From assembly GCA_017467085.1 (NCBI GenBank), contig JAFTSW010000044.1, forward strand, positions 1-59,166: a stretch of DNA of 59,166 nucleotides, read 5' to 3'. Source of the stretch: Clostridia bacterium. Lineage in GTDB: Bacteria > Bacillota > Clostridia > Oscillospirales > CAG-272. Below the pieces are notes generated by a model. It searched no databases, was not told the origin of the DNA, and was given only the letters and a program-made list of their open reading frames with translations. Shown here one piece after another: positions 20,420 through 29,900 of the stretch. Position numbers and translations under genes: made by a program. How positions within the stretch are numbered: position 1 is the stretch's first letter; each line of letters begins with the position of its first letter.

Positions 20420-23400
20420 TCAATATTCGTTGGAGAGCAACCACTCCCACTCACCGGGATGGAGGCGCGTTGCGCCCGTTTCCTCGATGATTGCCTTGAC
20501 GGCTGCGGGGAAAGCAAGCTTGTTGTCACCGTAGTAGTAACGGGTTCCGACAACCTTGTGACCGCACTTCTGCCAGTGAGCGTCGCTTCCCATAAAGAAG
20601 GTTTCCTTCTGCTGGGCAGTGAGGTTGGTGGAGCGCACGTTGAAGACGAAGTTATCGGTGGAGTGAATGTTGTAGGACCAAGCACTTTCAACGGTATACT
20701 GCTTGAAGAAGTAGTGCGAGCCACGACGGCGCATATAGAGCGCGTAATCTCTGTCGTTCGCACCTTCCAGCGCACCTCTGTCAGCACCTGCGGAGTGCAT
20801 AACCAGAATGTTGTTGTAGTTCGACCAGTTGGTGGAGGAGCCGTCGAAGTAGTAGCCGTCACTCTGGTTACCCAAGCCGTTACCCGTGGTATCGCTGAAG
20901 ATAACGCAGTTGTGATGGATAAAGTTGATTTGCTTGGGGTTATCAGGCTTCAGGTTGCCGCCTAGCATATAGATGGCACCGCCGTCGCCCTGGTTCTGCA
21001 TAAAGTCGGTGATGTAGTTGTGGTGAATATTGACGTTATACAGGTTGTAGCGGTCATGCTCCTCCCAGGTAGCCGCATTCCAGTACCAGCCAAGGGACAT
21101 ACCCGAGTACGAGCAGCCGATGATGGTATTGTTGGCAACCTCTACATCCTTACAGGAGGGGAGGTACAGCGCAGGCGTGTTGTAGATGCTCTGGGCAATC
21201 TGATGCAGATAGTTGTGGGTAACGGTGACCTTATAGGCGCCGCTACGGTTAGAGAACTCGTTGTTGGCGGAGGCGTGACCGCGGATACGGATGCCCGCAT
21301 CACCAATCATTTCAATCTCGTTGCCCGTAATAGTAACACCCTCGGTTCTGCCCTCGAAGTAGAGAGCGGCACCGCCGATATCGTGGATATAGCAGTCCTG
21401 AACCGTGGAGTCATAGGCATCGTAGAAGGCAATTGCCGCACGGCGGGAGAAGCCCGTCTGTCCCAACTCCTTACTACCCGTGTTGTTAGAGCCTGCCTGG
21501 CCTGCTGCCAAGCCAATCTGGGTCAACGTGTAATCGTCCACGCCCCAGATAGTCAGGTCGGCTATGGTAACATTCTTGGCGTCATGGAAAATCATCATAT
21601 TGTCCATGGTGGGATAGGAGAATACAATCTCCTCGTCGATTCCACTATCGGAGTAGTAGTAGAGGGTACCCGTTTCTACATTGTAGTAGTATTCGCCCGT
21701 GGTATCCATAAATTCCAACGCGTTGGATACGAATACGTGGCGATTGGACATCTTGTAGTTCGGAGGAATTTCAAATTCCTTATACTGCTCAGGATCAAGA
21801 TGCACGGCAACCAGGGTTTCCGTCTTGTTGTGTCTTGTATCGTCGAAGTACACAACGTCCTGATAGTCAACGCCCGCAAGGTCGAGAATGTTGTAGTCCC
21901 ATTCAGCCACGCAGTGCAGCTCGATGCCAAGACCCTGCAGGGTCAGCTTCTCGCTTTCACCTGCCACGTAGGTGCCTGCTTCCTTCATAGCGGCAAGCTT
22001 GGCTTCTACGGTAGTGCGCAGAGCCTCTACCATATCAATATGCAGGTAGATAACGCCGCGAGAGCCGTACACCAGGTCAACGGTGTAGGAAACGGAATCC
22101 AACGTAATGTCTCCCGAAAGCACCTTGGTAAACTGCTCGTGGAAGTGAGCAAATGCCTCGGCGTAATCGGCGCCCATACCGGGACGAAGGGTCGCAGGCG
22201 TCAGGGTCGGGAAGCTGGGGTCGTTGCGGATAGCCTTCAAATCCTTGTATGCCAGGAACCATTCGTAATGCTTGGTATAGGAGGCAAGCAGGTCGGGTCT
22301 ATTCACACCCGCATACTCAACGGCAGGCGCGTGATTCTCTAACTCGCCCTTATCAAAGTAGTACTTTGCCTTGGTGAAGGTACCGTCAATATCTCTGTCA
22401 TAGCGAGAGATGTAGGGGAACTCACCGTTGGCGGTGGTAGTAGGCGTGGAATGTGCCATGGTGGCAGACCAGGTATCTACGTACAGGTTGCGGAACGCGG
22501 GGAACTTGCCCTCGGCGTCTGCCTCAAACTGGTAAACGTATATACCGTCCTTGCCCTCCCAGGGCGTGAAGGCGGAGGTGGGAATATTCAATGCCGTTGT
22601 CAGCTCGGCTGCCTCATCTGCCTCAAGGTCACCCTCAATGGTAAAGGTATATTTGGGGAAGAGCACCTCGGCAAAATCCAGCTCGGCAATTTCACCTACG
22701 TGGTGAATGCCGCCTGCCACACGCAGGACCAGATTGGTGGGCGCATCCAAGCCAACGAGAATGTCGTGACAAGCGTCAAAGGCATCGTTGAAATTGGTAT
22801 AGGGAGCGTTTTCGCTTCCGTCGCCCTTGCCCTCGGCATAGGAGTCAAAGTATACGATGACGTCCTCATAGCAGCCCAAGGCAATCATGTTCAGATAATC
22901 GGAGAAGCCATTCTCAATGACGTTCTGCTGGGTTGCCAGGTAGTTATACACCGTAAAGAGAGAGGTGTTTTCCGCATAGCCGCTGTTGGTCAGGGTTCCG
23001 TAGAAGTAGCTGGAATCGCCGTTTGCGTCCGTCAGCTTAACGTAGGAGACGATACGCACCTTTTCGTTATAAAGGGCATTATCCGCATCTATGTAGGTCA
23101 GGGTAACGGCAACGGTGTCCTCGTCCAACAGATACTTGGCGTCAGCGCCCGAAACGGAGTTAAATACCATATAACGGTAATCGTAGGCACCGTTCTCCAG
23201 CTGGGGCATTTCGTCCTTGCCAAGGTTGACCATCACGCCAACCTCAACGGCAAAGCCTGCCTGCATAATAGCGGCAAGAGAGGAATACTGCAGGTCAAAA
23301 TAGAAGCGGATAGCGTCGGACATATCGTCCTTGACGCCAACGCCCGCAGGCTGAATCCAAACGCCCGCCATACCGTTATCCAGCGCCGCCTGTGCCTCTT

Positions 23401-26400
23401 CCTTGGTCATATCGAAGGAGAGGTGCGCAAACGCCTTGAATACGGTTGCCTTGTCGGGAATGCTGGCAAGAGCCTGCTGTAGCAGCGTTACGTCCAAATC
23501 AAAGTAGTAGCAAACGTCGGCTACGTAGTTCTGGAGCATTTCCGCCTCGGTAAGAATTCTGTCGTACACACGAACGGAATACATCGTGGAGGCAAGGCCA
23601 CGCCAGATGTCAAAGTGCTTATCCTCTACCTCGTCGTTGGTCATGTACTTATCCGCGCCAACGGTGAGGCTTGCGCTGATTCCTCTGTTATAGAGAATTT
23701 TATACTGAGAGGAGGTTCCCGCATCGGCGTCCTCAATCATATCGTGGACAATAGCGTAGTTGATAATCTCGTCAACGGCTACCTCCGCAAGGGCGTTATC
23801 CACACCAACCTGCACACGTCCTGTGGCCGGGGGATGATCCCAGTCGCCCGTGCTCTGGTAGAGCCAGCGGCGCTGCATCTGGGCGTCGCCAACGTGGCTA
23901 TAGCAGGAGAAGCCCATACAGCGTAAGGCGCCAAGCACGAAGGCGCGCTCGTAATATTTGCCATAGGTGGAATAATCATCGAAGTAACGGGAAATGGTGC
24001 CGTCCTCAGATTCCACCGTGGTACCCTCGGGCGCCAAAATGGTTTCAATGGTGTAGTCGCCGTCGGGAAGAAGCTCGTAATCAAGGGTCAGGTAGAAGTT
24101 GTCATTCGTTCTGGCACGAATGGTAACGGTATGAGCGTCAGCGTCAGCCTGAGAAACGGTATCGCGAATCTTCAAGCCGCCGTCCTCGCTTCTGTACCAG
24201 CCCTTACCTACCAGGGTACCGTAGGAGCCTGCCTTCACGGCGTTGCCCCACATAACCTCGCTCTCACCCATACGGGTGGCGGTGGAGAAGCCGTCATAGG
24301 AGGAAAGAAGAACCTGCAAGCCGTCGGTTACGTAGAGGGTGTTTTCCGGGTCGAAGGTAACCTCGTAGAACTTCAGGGTTTCCTCAATGGCGGTCTTGAC
24401 GCTTTCCTTATCGGTAGTAAAGCTGCTGCCACTGAAGGAGCTAACGATTGCGGCAAGCTCCTCGGCGCTCAGGTTTTCCAAAATGGAAAGCTCAACCTTT
24501 GCCAGCGCCAGCATATCCACGAAGTGGTTGAATGCCATTTCATACTCGGTCAGAACCGTATCGTACACACGAATGGCGTATACGTCAACGGGAGCGCGCT
24601 GGAAGAGGTAGAAGGAGGCATCACTTCCCTCCTCGGCATAAAACTTGTTGCCCTGCTGAGATACGGTAGAAACCGCACCCGTGTTTTTGAAAACACCGGT
24701 CTTGGTTGCCGTACCGTTTTTCAGAATGGAATACTTTGCGGTAATCTCGCTTCCGCTGACGGAGATATCGCGCATTACCTGCTGGGTGTAAATGCCCAAC
24801 GAGGCACGGGATGCTTCCCCGTAAAGCTGCCCGTTCAGATAGTTGCCCGAATACCAACCGCCCGCACCGGGGGCGATGAAGTAACGCACTATATGGGCAC
24901 CGCTACCAAGGGTAGTACCGTTACCGCGGTCGTACACGACCTTCAGCTGACCGAAGGCGTCAGCCAAAGCGCCGCCCCACCAGGCATTGCCGTTATAGTC
25001 GCCTATAATATTGCCTTCCGCGTCTACAATCTTCAGATAATCGTAGAAGACAACGGACTCAACGGTGAAGTCCTCTATGGGCAGAGCGTCACCGCCAAGG
25101 TTCAGCTTGATATCGGTGCCGTTATTGCCGCCCGTTCCGTCGGCAAGGATGGTCAGGTCATATCCGACGCCGCCGCCCTCCAGCTTCTGCCAGAGAGAGC
25201 CAATAAAGGTGGCGTCATAGTTCTTCATCTTGTCAAACCAGGTGGACTGGCCGTTTTCAAGCGCAACGGAGTTATGCTCGTACGCCGTCAGAAGGGTGAC
25301 GAGAGAGCCGCCGTTTTCGGTCTTGCTGCCATCGGCGCCAACGTACATTTTATCGTAATCGCTCATCGCACGGGCTGCGCCTGCAATAGCGGCAAGCTCG
25401 GCAAGATTGTCGGCGATTTGCTCGATTTCCTCCGCGGTGGTGTCAAAATCCTCTAACGCAACAAGCTCCAGAAAATCCTTACGGGATGCCTCGTCCAGCT
25501 CATCATATACCGAGAAGGCAACGCCCGAATGAATCAGAATATCCACAGCGGCGTTGGTGAGCATTTCGCTCTTGGTCAGGGGCTTGGTGTACAGACGCAC
25601 CGCATAGTAGGTTGCGGGCATCGCGCGGTTGATGATGAACTTGCCAACGTAAGGAGAATCGTCCTTGTTGCAAGCGTTCATGCCCTGGGAAAGGGCGGTT
25701 TCCTCGCCATTCTTATAGAATCTGTACACGTGCTGAGTGGAGGTGGTGTTCAGATTGATGGCAAGAGTGAAGGTGGAAAGGTCATTCTGGTATGCCGTCA
25801 GCTGGTTGTTCCAAGCGCTGGAAGCAAGGCCGCAGTGGCTCCAGCCGTCATCCGTGGTGGTATCTGCCTCGGTTACCATAGCGGGCATACCGTTGTTGTC
25901 ACGAGGGTCACCCTGCGCGCCGCACCACAGGAAGGTGCGCAGTCGGCCAAGGGACATATTCGCCGTAGTGGAATATTTTACCACGGGAGTCACGCCGTCG
26001 GCGTTTGCAGTCAAGCCGCGCACAGAGGCAACGATTTCCAGGGTATAGGTATCCGTGGGAAGAAGGGAGGCATCCATGGAAAGGGTGTAATTATTATCGA
26101 ACTCGGCACTATCGTAGCCGACACCGCCATTGGTTCCTTCCTTCCAGGTGCCGCCAAGGGTGGCGTGCTGGGTGGCGCCCGAAACGGTGTTATTCCATTT
26201 ACCGTTTGCCAGGTCCACGGAGGAGTCGCCCTTAAAGGCGGTCAGAAAGACGGCAAGGGTACCGCCGTTCTCCGTTTGGCTTCCGTCAATACCCACGTAC
26301 AAGTCCTTATAGCTTGTAGCGGTGCTTTGCGAGGCGGCGCCGCCACCCGACGCGCCCGTTTCTGCCGAGGCAGGAAAGAGAGCGGTGGGAATCAGGGCAA

Positions 26401-26446
26401 CCAGCATACAAAGTGCCAGAAGGGTGCTCAAAATTCTCTTCTTCAT
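20420..26446 (-). CDS. Giant secreted LamG x3 + GH141-like beta-helix protein, copy 4
   Basis: 2008-aa ORF with AAGGAG SD, signal peptide and the same motifs. Lacks the Ala-rich coiled-coil insert. Confidence 0.9.
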   Translation of the reverse strand: MKKRILSTLLALCMLVALIPTALFPASAETGASGGGAASQSTATSYKDLYVGIDGSQTENGGTLAVFLTAFKGDSSVDLANGKWNNTVSGATQHATLGGTWKEGTNGGVGYDSAEFDNNYTLSMDASLLPTDTYTLEIVASVRGLTANADGVTPVVKYSTTANMSLGRLRTFLWCGAQGDPRDNNGMPAMVTEADTTTDDGWSHCGLASSAWNNQLTAYQNDLSTFTLAINLNTTSTQHVYRFYKNGEETALSQGMNACNKDDSPYVGKFIINRAMPATYYAVRLYTKPLTKSEMLTNAAVDILIHSGVAFSVYDELDEASRKDFLELVALEDFDTTAEEIEQIADNLAELAAIAGAARAMSDYDKMYVGADGSKTENGGSLVTLLTAYEHNSVALENGQSTWFDKMKNYDATFIGSLWQKLEGGGVGYDLTILADGTGGNNGTDIKLNLGGDALPIEDFTVESVVFYDYLKIVDAEGNIIGDYNGNAWWGGALADAFGQLKVVYDRGNGTTLGSGAHIVRYFIAPGAGGWYSGNYLNGQLYGEASRASLGIYTQQVMRDISVSGSEITAKYSILKNGTATKTGVFKNTGAVSTVSQQGNKFYAEEGSDASFYLFQRAPVDVYAIRVYDTVLTEYEMAFNHFVDMLALAKVELSILENLSAEELAAIVSSFSGSSFTTDKESVKTAIEETLKFYEVTFDPENTLYVTDGLQVLLSSYDGFSTATRMGESEVMWGNAVKAGSYGTLVGKGWYRSEDGGLKIRDTVSQADADAHTVTIRARTNDNFYLTLDYELLPDGDYTIETILAPEGTTVESEDGTISRYFDDYSTYGKYYERAFVLGALRCMGFSCYSHVGDAQMQRRWLYQSTGDWDHPPATGRVQVGVDNALAEVAVDEIINYAIVHDMIEDADAGTSSQYKILYNRGISASLTVGADKYMTNDEVEDKHFDIWRGLASTMYSVRVYDRILTEAEMLQNYVADVCYYFDLDVTLLQQALASIPDKATVFKAFAHLSFDMTKEEAQAALDNGMAGVWIQPAGVGVKDDMSDAIRFYFDLQYSSLAAIMQAGFAVEVGVMVNLGKDEMPQLENGAYDYRYMVFNSVSGADAKYLLDEDTVAVTLTYIDADNALYNEKVRIVSYVKLTDANGDSSYFYGTLTNSGYAENTSLFTVYNYLATQQNVIENGFSDYLNMIALGCYEDVIVYFDSYAEGKGDGSENAPYTNFNDAFDACHDILVGLDAPTNLVLRVAGGIHHVGEIAELDFAEVLFPKYTFTIEGDLEADEAAELTTALNIPTSAFTPWEGKDGIYVYQFEADAEGKFPAFRNLYVDTWSATMAHSTPTTTANGEFPYISRYDRDIDGTFTKAKYYFDKGELENHAPAVEYAGVNRPDLLASYTKHYEWFLAYKDLKAIRNDPSFPTLTPATLRPGMGADYAEAFAHFHEQFTKVLSGDITLDSVSYTVDLVYGSRGVIYLHIDMVEALRTTVEAKLAAMKEAGTYVAGESEKLTLQGLGIELHCVAEWDYNILDLAGVDYQDVVYFDDTRHNKTETLVAVHLDPEQYKEFEIPPNYKMSNRHVFVSNALEFMDTTGEYYYNVETGTLYYYSDSGIDEEIVFSYPTMDNMMIFHDAKNVTIADLTIWGVDDYTLTQIGLAAGQAGSNNTGSKELGQTGFSRRAAIAFYDAYDSTVQDCYIHDIGGAALYFEGRTEGVTITGNEIEMIGDAGIRIRGHASANNEFSNRSGAYKVTVTHNYLHQIAQSIYNTPALYLPSCKDVEVANNTIIGCSYSGMSLGWYWNAATWEEHDRYNLYNVNIHHNYITDFMQNQGDGGAIYMLGGNLKPDNPKQINFIHHNCVIFSDTTGNGLGNQSDGYYFDGSSTNWSNYNNILVMHSAGADRGALEGANDRDYALYMRRRGSHYFFKQYTVESAWSYNIHSTDNFVFNVRSTNLTAQQKETFFMGSDAHWQKCGHKVVGTRYYYGDNKLAFPAAVKAIIEETGATRLHPGEWEWLLSNEY

Positions 26447-26509
26447 CTGTTTTTCTCCTTTTTTTCGGTATAAAAAGCAAATATCATAAGGCTAATATTA
26501 CTCTGTTTA

Positions 26510-26701
26510 ATTATACACGAAGAAGGCTCAAAAAGCAAGGGGGCAAAAGCAACTTTGTCAAAAAAGCCATTTTCCGCTCCCCGTTTTTGTGCAAAACGCC
26601 AAATTGCCCCTGAAAGCAAAATGGCAAGACCCCCGAAAAAGCAAGACAGCACGCCACTTTTTCCGATTTCATCAAAAAGGCATATAGTCAATTTTTTTAA
26701 C
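26510..26701 (-). promoter_or_regulatory. sigmaA promoter of copy 4 with dyad pair and distal 21-bp conserved box
   Basis: TTGCTT-17-TATAAT at 26538-26510. Dyads at 26555 and 26587. CATATAGTCAATTTTTTTAAC at 26681-26701. Confidence 0.6.
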
Positions 26702-26722
26702 TTTTTGCCCTGTATTTCGCAC

Positions 26723-26760
26723 AAAAAAGATGCCGCGAAAAGCTTTCGCGGCATCTTTTT
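26723..26760. terminator. Rho-independent terminator of copy 5 (bidirectional type)
   Basis: AAAAAAGATGCCGCGAAA-AGC-TTTCGCGGCATCTTTTT. Confidence 0.8.
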
Positions 26761-26762
26761 GC

Positions 26763-26841
26763 GTTATGATTGCCCTTGCGGGCAAGCTATGAGTTATGAG
26801 GTGCTTCGCACCGTTATGATTGGCTTCGCCAAGCTGCTATG
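26763..26841. repeat. Micro-array of three mini-hairpins separated by G(T/C)TATGA heptamers
   Basis: GTTATGA-TTGCCC(TTGC)GGGCAA-GCTATGA-GTTATGA-GGTGC(TTC)GCACC-GTTATGA-TTGGC(TTC)GCCAA. Confidence 0.75.
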
Positions 26842-26842
26842 C

Positions 26843-26907
26843 AGCGGCACCCGCCGCCGTATTCCATACGGCAAGCGGGGTCGGTCGGGCGAAGATGCCC
26901 AAAATCC
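26843..26907. repeat. Partial copy of the ~100-bp palindromic element
   Basis: AGCGGCACCCGCCGCCGTATTCCATACGGCAAG...GGGCGAAGATGCCCAAAATCC. The junction to the stop codon is identical to that of copy 4. Confidence 0.85.
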
Positions 26908-26918
26908 AAGGCAAAGCA

Positions 26919-29900
26919 TCAATATTCGTTGGAGAGCAACCACTCCCATTCACCGGGATGCATATGAGAGCCGCATTCCTCCATCTGCGCCTTGATGGCA
27001 GCCGAGAAGGCAAGCTTATTTTCACCGTAGAAGTAGCGGGTTCCCACAACCTTGTGTCCGCAGGCTTGCCATTGGGATTCTTTACCCATAGAGAAGACCT
27101 CGCTCTGCTGGGTCTTGGCACTGGTGGCACGGACGTTGAAGATGAAGTTGTCGGTGGAATGGATGTTATAGGACCAAGCGCTACCCGTGGTGGTGTGCTG
27201 CTTGAAGATGTAGTGAGAGCCCTTACGGCGCATATAGAGCGCGTAATCTCTGTCGCTTGCGCCCGGCTTGTCGCCTCTGTCGGCACCCGCGGACTGCTCT
27301 ACCAGAATGTTGTTGTAGTTGGACCAGTTGGTGGAGGAGCCGTCGAAGTAATAGCCGTCGCACTGTCCGCCCAAGCCGTTACCCGTGGTATCGCTGAACA
27401 CCACGTAGTTATGGTGCATAAAGTTGATTTGCTTGGGGTTATCGGGCTTCAGGTTGCCGCCTAACACGTAAATCGCGCCACCGTCGCTGAGGAACTGCAT
27501 AAAGTCGGTGATGTAGTTGTGGTGGATGTTGACGTTATAGAGGTTGTAGCCACCGTGCTCCTCCCAGGTTGCCTTGCTCCAGGACCAGCCCAAGGACATA
27601 CCCGAGTAGTTGCAGCCGATAATGGTGTTTTTGTAAATTTCCACATCCTTACAGGACGCCATATACAGAGCAGGCGCGTTGTAGATGCTTTGGGCAATCT
27701 CGTGCAGATAATTCTGGGTGATGGTGACTCTTTCCGCGCCGCTTCGGTAGGAGAACTCGTTGTTGCCTGCGGCATAGCCACGGATACGGATACCCGAGTC
27801 GCCAATCATTTCCAGCTCGTTGCCCATCAGCAAGGTGTCCTCTACTCTACCCTCCATATAGATGCCCGCGCCGCCGATATCGTGGATATAGCAATCCTGT
27901 ATAGTGACGCCATAGGCGTTATACATAGCAATCGCCGCGCGGCGGGAGAAGGAGGTTTCCAGCTTAAGGCCATCACCGAGCGCATTGGCACCTGCCTGGC
28001 TTGCCGCCATACCAATACGGGTGAGGGTGTAATCATCCAAACCCCAGATAGTCAGGTCGGAGATAGTCAGGTTTCTGGCTTCTCGGAAGACCAAAAGGTT
28101 TTCCATCGTAGGATAGGAAACGGTCAAGCCGTCCAAGCCCTGCTCGGTGTAATAGTAAAGCTTACCGTTGTCAACATCGTAGTAGTATTCGCCCTCTTTA
28201 TCCACAAACTCCAGGGCGTTACGCAGGAATACGTATCTGTTTGCCATAGAGTTACCCGAGGGAATCTGGAACTTAGCATACTGCTCCATATTGGCGTATA
28301 CCGCTACGCAGGTATCAACCGTATTGTGTCTTTCATCGTAGTAGTATGCCACGTCATCAAAGTCGATACCGTCAACATCGATGATGTTATAGTCCCAGTT
28401 GGCGTGGGCGTGCAGCTCGAGACCGCTGCCCTGCAGCACCAGCTTTTCGCTTTCACCTGCCACGTAGGTGCCTGCCTCCTTCATAGCGGCAAGCTTAGCC
28501 TCTACGGTCGCGCGCAGAGCCTCTACCATCTCTATGCGCAGGTAGAAGACGCCCGTACGGTCAGCGTTGTTTGCAATAGCGGGCAGGGTGTAATCCACAT
28601 CCGTTAGCTTCTGCTCTCCATCCTTTGCCTTGCAAAGCTCCTCGTGGAAATGCGCAAAGCCCTCGGCATAATCGGTGCCCATACCGCTTCTGACATCTTC
28701 TACGGTCAATGCCTTGTAGGCGTCGTTGGAAATGGTCAGGTCCCTATACTTTGCCTTCAAGTCGGACAGCGCCAAGAACCACTCGTAATGCTTGGTGTAG
28801 GACGCAAGCAGGTCGGTTCTTCCGGGGAGATTCTTGAACTCCTCGGCAGGGGCGTGCTCAGCCAGAACGCCGTTGTCATAGTAATATTCTGCCTTGAGGA
28901 AGGTTCCTACCATATCTCTGTCAAAGGGAGTGGTAAAGGGGAATTCTCCGTAGGCGGTGGTGGTGGGCGTGCTATGGGCAAGGTCTGCCGTCATACCGTA
29001 TACATAGAGGTTACGGAACTTAGGATAGTTACCCTCGGCATCGGGGGCAAACTCAAAGACGTAGAGTCCGTCCTTGCCTTCCACTGCCTTAAAGGCGGCG
29101 ATGGGGATATCCAGGGCGGTGGTCAGCTCGGGCGCCTCGTCTGCCTCGTAGTTTCCTTCAATATTAAAGGTATACTCAGAGTACGAGATTTCGCCAAAAT
29201 CAAGCTCGGCAACCTGGGACACGCGATGAATACCACCCTCCACGAAGAGGGTTACGTTGGTGGGCTTATCCAATGCCGTCAATATCTCTTTGCAGGCGTC
29301 GAAGGCATCGTTGAAATTTGTGTAGGGCGCGTCCTTGCTTCCGTCACCCGTGCCCTCGGCGTAGGAGTCGAAGTATATAATCTCATCGTAGTAGCAATCC
29401 TTGACCAGCATAGCCAGATAATCGGTCAAGCCCTCCTCCGCGATGGATGCACAATCCTTCAGATATTTATACACCGTGAAGAGAGAGGTATCGGTATCGT
29501 AGGCGCTGTTGCCAAGACCGCTGTAGAAGTAGATGTCGGTTCCCTCGGCATCCGTCAGCTTTACATAGGATACCACGCGGATTTTTTCGTTATACAGCTC
29601 ACGGTCCGCGTCCTGATAGGACAGGGTAACGGCGTAGGTGTCCTCATCCAGGAAATAGGAGGAGTTGATACCCGAAACGGAGTTAAAGGCAACAAAGCGA
29701 TAGTCATAGGCACCGTTGGCAACAGGATTTTCATCCTTGCCCACGTTAACGAGGGTGCCAAGCTCTACCTTGAAGCCTGCCGCCATAATAGCGGCGATAG
29801 CGGGATACTGCAGGGTGAAATAGAAGCGGATGGCATCCGACATATCGCCCTTGATGGCAACACCGTCGGTACGCACCCAAATGCCTGCCATGGCGTTATC

